DNA of 63,395 nucleotides, filler included, from Licmophora abbreviata (lineage: Eukaryota): NCBI GenBank assembly GCA_900291995.1. It is 16 parts of 16 records of this genome, joined end to end, with 100 filler letters (N's around TTAATTAATTAA, not from the genome) between each part and the next. Parts side by side here need not be neighbours in the genome. Positions count along the whole stretch, not along the records: positions 34,057 to 37,499 come from OLMU01003983.1; positions 37,600 to 43,827 come from OLMU01003984.1; positions 43,928 to 46,107 come from OLMU01003985.1; positions 46,208 to 47,678 come from OLMU01003986.1; positions 47,779 to 50,907 come from OLMU01003987.1; positions 51,008 to 57,378 come from OLMU01003988.1; 10 more parts are not named here. One strand, given 5' to 3'. The notes beneath the pieces are model-generated. The model did not search any database, was not told where the DNA came from, and saw only the letters and a program-made list of their open reading frames with translations. Both the position numbers and the translations under genes were made by a program. Every line of letters starts with the position of its first letter. The first letter of the stretch is position 1. Of this stretch, positions 34,706 through 51,174 are shown one piece after another.

Positions 34706-35100
34706 AGACGAGCCATGTCGCGAGAGGAAGCAACTCTTTACTCTACGCTAGTTTAGAGTAGAGTGAGCGCCGCGATCGTCCGTTTGCTATCAGCGTCGGG
34801 AACGTAAGCCATCATGTAGACCGAGAAATCGCTAACACGCTTCACTTATCATTTCTATCGGATAGTCCACACTCTGATGGATTGAGTGACAGAGTCGAGT
34901 CGAGTCAGTCGTCGATAAGGTCTTGGCGAGGTCGGAGGTCGACAAAAACCTCACAAACATTGCAAGTCTCGCGATCTCATCGCGACCATGATGTTGTGTG
35001 ATTTGCAAAGCGAAGGCATTGGACTAATTGCGCAGTTGACACCAACCCTTCTCCACGACGCTCGCAAAATTAGGACCCATGGATCACCCATTGACTGCTC

Positions 35101-38100
35101 ATGAGTCGAGCGGAGACGAAGCCCTCTGGGATGGTACGAAAATTTGATCAAGTTCTCGGAAGTTTTGGCGCGTACAGCGCCTTGCCATCATTCATGCGCT
35201 GTTTTCTCATTTCGTACATTTCTGTTTCTGTTACACTGAATTCGTCAGAGTTGAGTCATCAACACTCTCGAGAAATACAGCAGCATCAAATCCGTCACTC
35301 ATCTGGAACAGCAGCGACGTTGCAGAACGTATGGAAGGGAACGACGTCCACGATTCGAAACACGGCGGCTTCCCTGGCGTCGGCCGCTCAAAGTGCATCC
35401 TATCGACCGATCCCGCGACAGGATCGGCAGTCCAATAACAACAATGCGTATATACCACCAAACAATCTTGAAGATTTCGGCTTGCAGCATCACGATGAAC
35501 CGCTGCTGGAAGAAACTGCACAGGCGACTGAGAGCAGGGGGTACGGTGGTGGAGGAGGACACGCAGGCACTACTAGTGCCGATACCGATCGCAACGAACC
35601 GTATGTATTCTTGAAGCCCTTTCAATTATTACCAAAGCGCGATGGCTGGGGAGCTGTAGCGAACCTCGATCTCTTTTTTACGGTACGTAAGTTCTGGGAT
35701 GCTCACCTGTGTACCAATGGCCCATGAGCTTTGTTCTAAACGCTCTCCTCTGTATCTCTCGACCCAGTCTCTGTACAATTATTACTATCATCGAGGTCTT
35801 ATGCCGATCGTAGGAAAGGGTATTGTAGAACTGGTATCACTGGTAGTCACGCTGTGGTTATCGGTCTTCTTGTTTGCCTATGTGGATTGGACGTCACTTG
35901 CGACATGTCACGACGAAACTACATGCCGCAGTCATTTCTCACAATACCTCATTCAGCACCCGTTTTGGACGTTGAGCATTTGGAACATTCTCGTTATGCT
36001 ATATTGCGTATTGTTCCTCTGCTACACTGCTTTTGCAGTTTGGGGGTTTCTCTATACAATTCGAGATGCGGTGGACGCCAAGATCTTCTTTGAAGAGAAA
36101 TTGGGCATTTCGCAACACAAATTAGAGGGAGGTGCTGTCGACTGGGATATCGACGTTGTAAGCAAGATTGTCGAGCTCCAACAATCGGGGCAGCATCGTG
36201 TGGCCATTCATGGTCAGGAGTTGGATGCGCTTGTGATTGCCCAACGTATTCTGCGAAAAGAGAACTTCCTCGTTGCATTTTTCAATCGGCGAATGCTAGA
36301 CCTGTCGGTGCCGCTGCCGTTTATCCAAGGGGATTTCTTTTGCAAGAGTTTGGAGGTACGCTGTGTGATCATAAGATCATGTAACGGGTCGCTTCCCTGG
36401 TTCATGAGTCTAACGTTCATGTACTGCTCGATGATACTGTGCAGTGGAGCATCTATTTCTGTGTTCTAAACTACATGTTTAACCACAAGTATCAGATTCG
36501 TCCAGCGTTCTATCTGGACGCATCATCTCTGAAGCGACGGTTTGTACTATGCGGCATCGCTCATGCGGTTTTCATGCCGTTTTTGCTCTTCTTTATGACG
36601 CTGCACTTCTCCATGCAGAATGTTTATGATATGAAGTCATCCAAGCAATATCTTGGACCGAGAGAGTGGTCTCTGGCATCAAAGTAAGTGTCGGATGTGC
36701 GACAGCAGTTCAATAGTGGGACGACTCTGATTTGGTTGTCTTATCTGATATCTCGTATCCGCACGTTCCTGTCCACTTAGATGGATATTCCGCGAGTTCA
36801 ACGAGCTTCAACATGTTTTTGAGCGAAGGATGGTACCTTCCTACGAAGCTGCCGAGACCTATCTCGAACTCTTTGGGAAAAGCGCCATCTTTACTGCTCT
36901 TGGTAGGATCTTAGTGTTCATAGGTGGATCGATGGGGGCGGTGTTAATCGTGTTCGCTGCCTTGAATGATGCGATTCTACTTCACGTCAAAATTGGGGAC
37001 TGGAATCTACTCTGGTACGTCGGCTTGCTTGGCGTAGTTTATTCGATCGGACAGGCGCTCCAACCGAGTCCAAAGCTACAGTCGCGATACACGCGAAATA
37101 TTTTCGGAGAAATGGAGGTAGCGCTAGTACAAATCGCTTCGCATACTCACCACTGCCCTGAAGTCTGGAAAACGCGGCCGTGGGACCAACCTACTCGAAA
37201 GGCGGTGTCTGCACTTTTCCAGTACAAAGCGCAACTATTCGCCCTCGAAGTTGCATCGGTTATGTTGGCACCCTTAATCCTCTGCGTGTCTCTTCCAAAG
37301 TGTGCTGAGCATATTTGCGAATTCGTGCTATCGGTCAAGTCTGAGGTCCCTGGTGCAGGCGATGTGTGTGGCTTTTCTACTTTCAACTTTGATGTCTTCG
37401 GTGACGAAAACTGGGAAGGGCGAACAATGGGCAGTGGTCCGCCGACTGAAGCTGTGGGACTTGGGGGCAGCATCTCCGCTTCAATCTCTCAGACAAAGAN
37501 NNNNNNNNNNNNNNNNNNNNNNNNNNNNNNNNNNNNNNNNNNNTTAATTAATTAANNNNNNNNNNNNNNNNNNNNNNNNNNNNNNNNNNNNNNNNNNNNC
37601 GAGAGTGCGACCAGGATGCACGCTAAACCGCGAACGTTGTTGGGGAAGACAGAGAAAAGTTTCTTCAATTTCAAGTCTTCTCATCCAAGCTGGAAAACAA
37701 CGCAGTCTGGTCAGACGCTGCTCGATCGTGTCGAAGACTACAGAAATCGCGAGACGATTGCTGTTTCGCGCGAACGACAACATCACATTGAAGCTGCGGC
37801 CCGCCAGCTTGAAACCCTAGCTCAGATTGAGCAACATCGACGAGAAGGATCGGGTATGGGGGGCCCCGGGGGATCTGCGTTCCATGACTCTCATATTGAA
37901 AAGGCGACTGGAGGAGCAGATAGTGGTGGGGGCGGAATCGGGCCAAGTAGTCCGAGCGTTCGGCATCAGCTCGCGCGAGACACACCGCCGCGGGTGTCCT
38001 TTGATCGGTTGCCCAGAGAGGAAGGTGAGCCGCTGCCATTCACGCGGAGTCTCAGTGGCGGGATGCGGTCACCAAGTCCAGCGAATCCAGCGGCACTTAG

Positions 38101-38541
38101 TGTCCTCCACTACGCAGACATTGGTTTGTCTACGGAGCTTCGACGGATTCTGAATCGGTCGACGCTAGAAGCGGACGCAAGCGTGATGGGAAGCGTTCTC
38201 GGAGTACCATACGATCCGACATTATCCACTGGTGGTCCCAACTCGAGTACTTTGGTTGCAAATGAGATTGCTGCGCGCGATAACTTGGCTGGACGACAGG
38301 TAAGCGGGATGCTGGTGTCTTCTCATATTCTAGTTTCGTCAGTCTGAGCCTTAAAGCTCACGGTACGGCGGACTTCTATCTGCAGTATCAATGGCTTGAG
38401 CGTTATCACGCTCACGTCGCAGGACAAAGACCAGCAAGGGTACCAGGCGAGACACCGCCCTCGATCGCGGAGAACACAGCGACGGCCTCGTCCGACGATG
38501 CTGGCGCTGCTGATGGTAATAGAACCGGCGGCATTGTGTGA
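35101..38541 (+). CDS. ATG9: Autophagy-related protein 9 (lipid scramblase), multi-exon with internal gap
   Basis: NLDLFFT|SLYNYYYHRG, IAQRILRKENFLVAFFN, KSLE|WSIYFC, WIFREFNELQHVFERR, LFQYKA, GDVCGFSTFNF and GKTEKSFFNF. Last exon 38386-38541. Confidence 0.93.
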
Positions 38542-38546
38542 GAACT

Positions 38547-43037
<4,491 letters not shown>

Positions 43038-43696
43038 CTATACAGCTGCTATATTGTATGCCCGCAAGGAGTGCAGCACGAGAGACAAGGAGAAGCTCAG
43101 AAAGTTCAAGGCAAAGCACTCAATCCTGTCGTCACTGAGATGGCAGATCGCGATCTCATACCCCAGCGTACGTATTCTAAACTTTTGAACAACCATGTTG
43201 AAAGCTCGCATCAACCGGTACGCCGGGGAGAAAGGCAGAACGACGAGCTTTTAGACTCACGGGACATTAGTGGAAGATGTGAAATTGTGGATGAGCATAG
43301 GATTGAGCGAGATGTCACCGGCGCTTGAAACGACCAAGACACAAAGACTACAAAACGTGCTAGCAGCCGTCGTAAGTAAGGTACCGATATGGAGCAGCAA
43401 CCCATATAAGAAGCAAGTATATGGAACAAACGATGAGTATAGGCTATGATGGCGAGGGAGCGAGCGGCACAGGACGATTTACCAAGTACTATAGCGTTGC
43501 CTGTCGCATACTACCAAGGGCCATTTTGGCAAGTCTAGTAGAGGTGCGACAACCCTCTAGAGCGAGGAAATGAGTCTCATTGGTCGCTTTGCCGCGAACG
43601 GTATAACAGCCTCTACGTCGTAGTAGAGAGAGAGTTCGCTTGCCGGGTCGATTGGGTATCCTACCGCATAGAAATGCCTTGTCTTACCTACCCCGC

Positions 43697-44209
43697 TTAC
43701 AGTGGCTTTCCACTCAGTGTCGCAAAGAAGCCTCCAATGACTCCATACACCATGGCACCCGCCATGGGAGGAGAAACATTGGGATATCTATAGAAAAATG
43801 TACCATCCAGGAAAGGAATTCCCAGTCNNNNNNNNNNNNNNNNNNNNNNNNNNNNNNNNNNNNNNNNNNNNTTAATTAATTAANNNNNNNNNNNNNNNNN
43901 NNNNNNNNNNNNNNNNNNNNNNNNNNNACCATCCAGGAAAGGAATTCCCAGTCGACCAGTTTGTACACCAAGGTATCCAATTGTCGCTCCTGATAAAAAG
44001 TTGTGCATGGAACTCCTGCGTCCATGGATTGCTTCCATGGGACACTGCAGTGTATGGTACATGTAGAGCCCACCTATGTTGCTGGCCGCAAGATAGGGCG
44101 AAGCGCGAACGCCATGGACCATCACGTCGAAGGCCGTAAAGGCGCCGCCCATCACGATCGATGGCATCACCGGATGCAGAAAGCACTCCTTTTGGTAGTG
44201 GAAATTCAT
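43697..44209 (-). CDS. Small membrane protein, Tim17/Tim22/Romo1-like, split by spacer with 26-bp overlap
   Basis: After collapsing the overlap the ORF is about 128 aa with Gly-rich TM helices (MGGAFTAF, HNFLSGATIGYLG, AGAMVYGVIGGFFA). Confidence 0.55.
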
Positions 44210-44486
44210 GGAAGGTACGAAGAGGGTAGTGCAAGGCGACGGAAAAGAAGGAGCCGGGATGAGAGTGCTGCGCTTTCGCTTTTTATTTGATGCTTTGTGT
44301 CGGCTGTCGGCTTTACTAGACTAGGGTGCGAACTTCTCTCGAGTTGAAGTTTCCAATGGATCGAAGTAGTCGTATCGCGCACCCCGACACACTCACGAAA
44401 TGGGTGGCGCGCGCAGGTGCGAGAGCAGCACGCGATCACCTCACACCGTTTCTCAAGACAAAAAATTGCACCGCAGCACATGCACG

Positions 44487-45736
44487 ATGGCGTCGTCGAC
44501 GGCGAGGACAGCTGGCTTCTCAGGGATAAAATGCTTCCTTCGCTCGTCTAGCAGAGAATCTCAGAGACATGTTTCGTGGAAATTCTCCAATAAAAATTGT
44601 GCCAGCCTCTCTGTAGCTTCCATTGACTCCATCGGACGGAGTCATGATCGCGCCATCACCAAAAGCACTAACACGATGCGTCAACCAGTCCCAGTGTTTG
44701 CTCGATGGTTCTCAACATCTTCCGACTCATCTGCCTCCACTAAAATTCGACTTTCCAAGTTCCTTTCGCAATCAAATACGAATCTATCCATAAGTCGTCG
44801 CCAAGCCGAACGACTCATTCGCGACGGACAAGTGACGGTGGCGGGGACAACCGTTACATCTCCGTCTTATCAACTACTCGTGGGCGACACGACTGCCGTG
44901 AAGGTGTCCAACCGACATGTAGTAGAGTATAAGGCGGCATCCACGAATACAGATGCGTCGACAAAAGTATGGGTGGTGCACAAACTAGCGGGGGAAATCG
45001 TGACAGAGAACGATCCACACGGACGGCCGTCGATGCTAGAGAGACTGAAGCGAGGCGGTGTGGGACGCAACAAGAACAACAAGTTTCACCATTTGAAATC
45101 CGTTGGACGATTGGATATGTCGACGGAAGGATTGATACTTGTGACCAACAGTGGGCAGTATGCGCGTCAGTTGGAACTACCTTCAAACCAGGTGCATCGC
45201 GTGTACCGAGTCCGCGTTCATGGAACATTGACACCGCATAAGTTGAAACGAATTCGGAATGGCATATCCGTTGAGAATATGCGATACCGTGGCATGCAGG
45301 TGCAGCTAGAAGCAAGCAATACCCGCAGTACAAATACCTGGCTCAGGATGACATGTACCGAGGGCAAGAATCGTCAGATTCGCAAAGTCTTGACTCATTT
45401 AGGATGTACGTCGTGTCACTTAGTGTTGGCTATTTTCTCGTCGGGAATTGGCTCGTGAAAACTTACAATCCTTGTCTTGATCCTATCTTCGCAGTGCGGG
45501 TCCTTCGTTTGATTCGGATCTCCTACGGCGACTACCAACTGCAAACGATCCCTCCGGGAATGGCGCTGGAGGTACCCTTCAAGCCTCTGGGACACCAGCG
45601 TCGCCAGGGTACTATGGATTATTCCGAGAAGCGACGCGGGACGAAACACGGAAAAACGAATGACAGGGTGGGTGCCGCCGCAAAGGAGAACGCGGCTCGT
45701 GCGCAGCAGACCGTACAATGGATTCGGCACTCTTGA
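44487..45736 (+). CDS. RsuA/RluB-family rRNA pseudouridine synthase with S4 domain, mitochondrial-type presequence; intron 45406-45494
   Basis: IRLSKFLS...SRRQAERLIRDGQVTV (S4), HKLAGEIVTENDPHGR, VGRLDMSTEGLILVTN, RVYRVRVHG and EGKNRQIRKV...|LRVLRLIRISYG. Confidence 0.93.
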
Positions 45737-46278
45737 TGCCGTGAGTGGGAGTCGTTCATCCGTATCGTCTCGTCGTGGGAAACTTGCCATCTCGCCCTCT
45801 ATAGTTGCCGATCGCCATTTGCGTTCTTCTGATCACACCTGGTAGTCTACTCATAGGCAACAACCCTTGGTAACTCTTAGTCGTTTCTCGACTGCTTCGA
45901 TTCCAATTGAGTGGGACCTCTTCCTCGAAACAAAGCTGCTGGACACACAGCCTCACCAATTCTAAGCAGGCACCAGCATTTGTGCGTGTGTGTCATTACG
46001 CGCACCCACAAACTAACGATCGCATTTGTTCCTGTCGATAGTCAGAGACCAAAAGAAAGCCCCCCACTCTTCACTCACACGCCGCGTTTTGTAGTTGTAC
46101 TCTCTTANNNNNNNNNNNNNNNNNNNNNNNNNNNNNNNNNNNNNNNNNNNNTTAATTAATTAANNNNNNNNNNNNNNNNNNNNNNNNNNNNNNNNNNNNN
46201 NNNNNNNACCATGATGGTGAGGTTCCAGCCGTTCGGCAGGCGCCAACTGAACCTATGTTCTGGTGGAGATAACTTCCA

Positions 46279-47565
46279 ATGAGTTCAGTCAGCTGTGATT
46301 CTGATCTGTTGTCGCCTACTGTACCCACCCATGATCATGCCAGAATAGACAAATCAGGAGTCGATTCCCCATCACCTCCGGTACACGAGTCATCGCCGCC
46401 GTACGCTGCTGTTGTTCATCTGTCAAACAGGGACTTGTCCGAGCACGAACGCATAGCCAAACGAGACCGAAAGAGAGAACTCAAGCGTCAGCGGAAACTT
46501 CTCCAGCTTGAAAGGAAACTGCAGCATGCAACTCGTCGAAACGATCGAAACTGTGTAGAAGAAACGCGGAAAGCACTACAGGACATGATCATGGCAGAGT
46601 GCGATGATGGGCATGAGCAAGGTACGATAAAAGAGTCCCATGCCAGCTCTTCGACGGGCGTTGGATTTTCATCTCTGGTCACTCCTGAGCGAGTGTTCAT
46701 AGAGGACATTTGCACGTCGCTGCAGAGACAGCATCAGTATCGTCGGCTGGACTCGAAAGCAGTCCAGTCTGCTCAAGCAGTGTCCTTACTTCGTCACATG
46801 ACCAAGGGGACCCAGTCTCGTAGTATGTTTGAGGATCCGGACGCCCTGTGGGGCTACACACGGCACAAGTTCTTCGAGCGCGCGTTGCTGGTCTGTAGCT
46901 CGTTTCAGAAGCTGGATCCAACGTTGCGTCAACCGGTCAGTCTGCATCCAACGGAACACCGCTTACGAAGGGAACTATGGGATCGTCTCCTGGCAGTACG
47001 TTATATCTGCAGTTTGGGATGCGGTCCAGGAAACGACGCGGTGGGAGTGCTGGCGTTCTTGAAACATTGTTCAGCAATCACCCCCGTCTCGTCGCTGTTG
47101 GAACGAGCAACTCTACTCGATTGGGCCATCTCCGACTGGAAGATTGTCTTGGACCCTCTTGAAGTGCTAATGATGCCCCGATACATTCAGAAAGTCGACA
47201 CTTCGTTCTGTGATGTGTTACAATCGATGGCATCACCCGAAAATTCGAAAGCTCGTGATCTCTTGCAACCGAAGGAGTTAGAGAGTGGCTCCTCCAGCTC
47301 CGCGGTCGACTTGGTGTTGATATCCTATCTGTTGACGGAAGTTCGTGGCCAGTGGGAGACATGTTTGCAAAACTTGGTTCACATGGTCCCTCCCAACACA
47401 TTGTTTTACTTTGCCGAGCCCACGGCTTGGCAATTGCACAATGTGCGTCGAGTCTTTGAGCAAGATATGGATTTTGTGTGGATCGACTCGTCGATGAATC
47501 ATCCAGAACTTCAGTGTCTGGACAATCGACTGGGTCCTGGAGTTCTAATGGGTATAAAACGTTGA
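46279..47565 (+). CDS. Putative SAM-dependent methyltransferase-like protein
   Basis: 428-aa ORF with ICSLGCGPGND (motif I), LLDWA, DLVLISYLLTE and FYFAEP. Charged coiled-coil N-terminus. Confidence 0.65.
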   Translation: MSSVSCDSDLLSPTVPTHDHARIDKSGVDSPSPPVHESSPPYAAVVHLSNRDLSEHERIAKRDRKRELKRQRKLLQLERKLQHATRRNDRNCVEETRKALQDMIMAECDDGHEQGTIKESHASSSTGVGFSSLVTPERVFIEDICTSLQRQHQYRRLDSKAVQSAQAVSLLRHMTKGTQSRSMFEDPDALWGYTRHKFFERALLVCSSFQKLDPTLRQPVSLHPTEHRLRRELWDRLLAVRYICSLGCGPGNDAVGVLAFLKHCSAITPVSSLLERATLLDWAISDWKIVLDPLEVLMMPRYIQKVDTSFCDVLQSMASPENSKARDLLQPKELESGSSSSAVDLVLISYLLTEVRGQWETCLQNLVHMVPPNTLFYFAEPTAWQLHNVRRVFEQDMDFVWIDSSMNHPELQCLDNRLGPGVLMGIKR

Positions 47566-48035
47566 AAGTAGAGTTATAGGCGGTGACAGATGCATATGAG
47601 TTTGCTAGATGCGCTTGTGGAGGCCATGGCTACAACGAGTGCATTCGCGATATTCTATATACCCGCCGATTGGCCGCTNNNNNNNNNNNNNNNNNNNNNN
47701 NNNNNNNNNNNNNNNNNNNNNNTTAATTAATTAANNNNNNNNNNNNNNNNNNNNNNNNNNNNNNNNNNNNNNNNNNNNAGGGTCCTATCCCGCTTCATGA
47801 CGCCAACGCGACTCGACTGACTCGACACATCATCCCTCGTCGCACGCCATTGTGGTCACGCAGTCGAGTGAGTCGTGAGTCCAAACCAAATAAGTTTGGC
47901 GCCAAAACTTCCGTACCAAATCTGACGTAGATTTCCCGTAGAAATGGCACACCGAGCAACAGGGTCCCCCATGATCGCATTGTTCGTGTTCTTGTTGCGC
48001 TGCCGTCGTTCAATAGTTCCCCTCCCTCCTCCACC

Positions 48036-48839
48036 ATGACTCGTAGCAATAAGAAGAAGAGCTTCGGTCGCAAGAACTCTAGGCCGATCGCCAGTAACGA
48101 AGCTTCCGAAGAGGCGGCGGCGCAGTACAAGCACGAGATCAAGATTGTCCTCCAGACACCAAAGACGGCGAACCACGAAGCCATCACAAAGGAAGGAATT
48201 AGAGCCGCTGAGGTGGGATTTCTCTATACCTGCGGTCTGCACAAGAAGAGGAACGCAACAAAGGATGAGAACAGAGAAAACAAGACTCCATCGTCCTCCT
48301 CTCGTCCCGAGTTCCTCGTGCGCAATGTGCCTCACGACAAGATGGCTCGTGTGGCCTTTGTCTTGAACTTTCTATCCGACCGTGAGGTGAAGCACGACAA
48401 CACGATCACCTCTCAGCGTCTCCACTTTCGGGCCAAGCATGTGACGGATAACAGCCAGCGTCGTGAACTCCTGCAAAACTACCTCTGTGCCGTCCCCAAC
48501 AAGGACCGCGAGGACGTTTCGGTAGTGGAACTCATTCCCCGCTACGGTGATACAACCAAGGATGATGATCCAGCACGCTGGGGGATGTATCCAGCAGCTC
48601 CGGAAGGACGTGATACACTGGTCGAGCGCATCATGACAGTCAAGTTGCCCGAAAAGACGATCCGTCGTATCGACGGCGACCGTGAGAACTGCGCCGAGAC
48701 GAACTGCGAGTGGGTGCGCGTCCAGGATGCCTTGCGCAATAACGACCAGTGGACGACGGATGTGTACAAGAGTCTGACAAAGAAGGAAACTGCGTATGTC
48801 AAGCGTCATGTGGACTACTTTCTACGCATTCTGGAGTAA
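48036..48839 (+). CDS. Hypothetical protein, 267 aa, intronless
   Basis: Open ORF with CCACCATG start context, basic N-terminus and coding-like codon usage. No recognised family. Confidence 0.6.
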   Translation: MTRSNKKKSFGRKNSRPIASNEASEEAAAQYKHEIKIVLQTPKTANHEAITKEGIRAAEVGFLYTCGLHKKRNATKDENRENKTPSSSSRPEFLVRNVPHDKMARVAFVLNFLSDREVKHDNTITSQRLHFRAKHVTDNSQRRELLQNYLCAVPNKDREDVSVVELIPRYGDTTKDDDPARWGMYPAAPEGRDTLVERIMTVKLPEKTIRRIDGDRENCAETNCEWVRVQDALRNNDQWTTDVYKSLTKKETAYVKRHVDYFLRILE

Positions 48840-49009
48840 AACAAGACGAAAGACACACCGGGACAACATGTACATACAACAGCGTGGGGCAGTGGGACGC
48901 CTCCCAGGATGGAAAAATCCAACGGCATTGCCGATGGTAGTAACACTCGTATCTCTCTATATACATTAAAAAGCCAAATTGCGTACCGATGTGACAGTGA
49001 CTTCCTCTT

Positions 49010-50779
49010 TCACTTTCGTGTGACTCTAACTAGCATATCTTCCTTCGGAATCAGAGGGACCATGTATCGATGTCGCGGGTCGGTATCCGGACTCCCCAGA
49101 TCCGTCTCGATCGATCTTCCGTCTGCCATTGAGATTTCATACCTCTGTGTCAACAAACCCAAGACCATTTTGCTTTCCAGTAATGCCAGATGCTGCCCCA
49201 AGCAGTTGCGAGGTCCGTCGATGAATGGCAAGAATGTATATGGCTCGGGTCGCTTGTTGGGTTCGGTAAAGCGGTGGGGATCAAACACCATGGGTTCTGG
49301 CCAATAGTGCGGATCGTGATGGACCGCAAAAAGGTTGATAATCAAGGTAGTACCAGACGGTATGGTGTGTTTCGAATCGAGTTCCACTGGCGAAACCGTC
49401 CGTCGAGTCACAAGTGGAACGACAGTGTACTTTCGAAGGGCCTCCTGACAACGCGAAAATGACACGCTGGGTGAACATTCTGCGATGTATGTCACAGTGT
49501 CACATGGCGAGCACAGGGACACCATACTCTTACGTACCTTGAGACATCCTTCCGACACGATCAGATTCGCTAGCCTCTCGCGCGGTGGCAATGCCACAGT
49601 CTTTAGTTCTGCCCAGTCCCTCTTGTCTGGAGCTCCGAAAACAGATTCACCTTCGTCGGACAGTTCCTTCATTAACACGTTATTTCCCATCAGTTCGTAC
49701 AACGCCCACGTCATCATGGCAGCACTCGTTTCATGACCTGCCAACATGAACGTCTTCATTTCATCGCGAAACTGACGTACCCACGCGGCAGGAAGGCGAG
49801 ATCGATGCGGAAACTCCTTCTCGTAGGCGTCCAAGACACGATCGAGAATATCTTCATAGCGTGTACCGCTCTCTTTCCTAGCCTTCCAACGATTTCGTAT
49901 GAGCGACGAGACGTACGAGTTCAAGCGCGAGACTTGATAGTGGTGTTGCCAAAAGGCTGGAAGAAAAAAGGCATAGTGTCGTTCCGGATGCCAGACACGC
50001 TTGTGACACTCTTCCATGATGGGCAAGTAGAGTTTGGCAAAGGTCGAGTCACTCTCTTCTGCCGTCAGTGACAAGAAGGTGGATGAGATAACCTGAAGCG
50101 TAAGATGTCTAAGTGACTCTGCAAGTTCGAGTGGTGTGTTGGTATCCGCCGCTCTGTCCATTTTGACCATGAGACGCTGCACCGCCTGCAGTGTTACGCG
50201 GGGGATAATATCGAGCACGTCAATGCGCAAGGCCGTACTCATTTTCAAACGCTGCTTCATCCAACTCTGATTTTCCGAAGTGACAATTCCATGTCCCAGA
50301 ATCACCAAGAAGGGCTTGTAGGCAAAGGCCACGTCCTTTTTGACGCTGCGAATCTTGCTCTGCAGGACAAGCTTGAGGTAGTCTGGATGAGCCAGCGAGA
50401 CGCAGCGGCGACCCAAGAGGACAAAGGAAAAGAACGGACCGACTTGGCGGTGCCAGTTCAAGAGCAGGTCCCAGGGAGAATGTTTCAGAAAGAGAAGCGC
50501 TTGTCCCAGGAAAGGAACGGGCGATGGAATCATTGGCATTTTCATATTCAGCATGACGAGCAGCTGGTGTGAGTGATAGGCGAAGCAGATCAAGAGGACG
50601 AAGCAAACTCCCGAAATTGCCAATGCCTGCTCGTAGGATACGTCCGGAAGCGTGTCGCTGACTTGTGGATACAAAGTCTGCAGCAAAAAGACGCCAGAGG
50701 AGCCCATGGCAGCCAGAGTAAGACCCACTAGAAAGATGAGAGACGGCCATGCTGTGCTCGAAGGTGACAATTTTGTCAT
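49010..50779 (-). CDS. Cytochrome P450 (CYP745-like by motif resemblance); in-frame intron 49445-49537
   Basis: N-terminal TM segments, AGHETS (I helix), K|EALR (ExxR), FDPHRF and heme motif FIDGPRNCLG. Confidence 0.93.
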   Translation of the reverse strand: MTKLSPSSTAWPSLIFLVGLTLAAMGSSGVFLLQTLYPQVSDTLPDVSYEQALAISGVCFVLLICFAYHSHQLLVMLNMKMPMIPSPVPFLGQALLFLKHSPWDLLLNWHRQVGPFFSFVLLGRRCVSLAHPDYLKLVLQSKIRSVKKDVAFAYKPFLVILGHGIVTSENQSWMKQRLKMSTALRIDVLDIIPRVTLQAVQRLMVKMDRAADTNTPLELAESLRHLTLQVISSTFLSLTAEESDSTFAKLYLPIMEECHKRVWHPERHYAFFLPAFWQHHYQVSRLNSYVSSLIRNRWKARKESGTRYEDILDRVLDAYEKEFPHRSRLPAAWVRQFRDEMKTFMLAGHETSAAMMTWALYELMGNNVLMKELSDEGESVFGAPDKRDWAELKTVALPPRERLANLIVSEGCLKVRKSMVSLCSPCDTVTYIAECSPSVSFSRCQEALRKYTVVPLVTRRTVSPVELDSKHTIPSGTTLIINLFAVHHDPHYWPEPMVFDPHRFTEPNKRPEPYTFLPFIDGPRNCLGQHLALLESKMVLGLLTQRYEISMADGRSIETDLGSPDTDPRHRYMVPLIPKEDMLVRVTRK

Positions 50780-51174
50780 TGATATCGATCCTGTGTCGAT
50801 CTCAACGAAATTAAAGCTGACAAGCCTAGAAATCGCCCCCTTTCTTTGCATATGCTGGCTTTCGCGGTCTACCGGTATCATACTGCGTGCGATTCACACA
50901 GTTTGTGNNNNNNNNNNNNNNNNNNNNNNNNNNNNNNNNNNNNNNNNNNNNTTAATTAATTAANNNNNNNNNNNNNNNNNNNNNNNNNNNNNNNNNNNNN
51001 NNNNNNNCACGCTCCGGGTGAATGAAAGTGAGACGACCCGCGTACGTTTCGATCTTGGTTCGTCTGGAACGAAAAAAAGATATCGTACTGCGTGTAGTGG
51101 TCTTGGGTTCACGCGAAAGAGTTGCAGAATACTCTACAAAAAGCACCCGTGCTCATACTCTTCAAATTGCCACC

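Noticed and set aside
43071..43500. Short hydrophobic ORFs between lacZ and the Tim17-like gene
   Set aside because: I could not build a consistent start, splice pattern or family motif.
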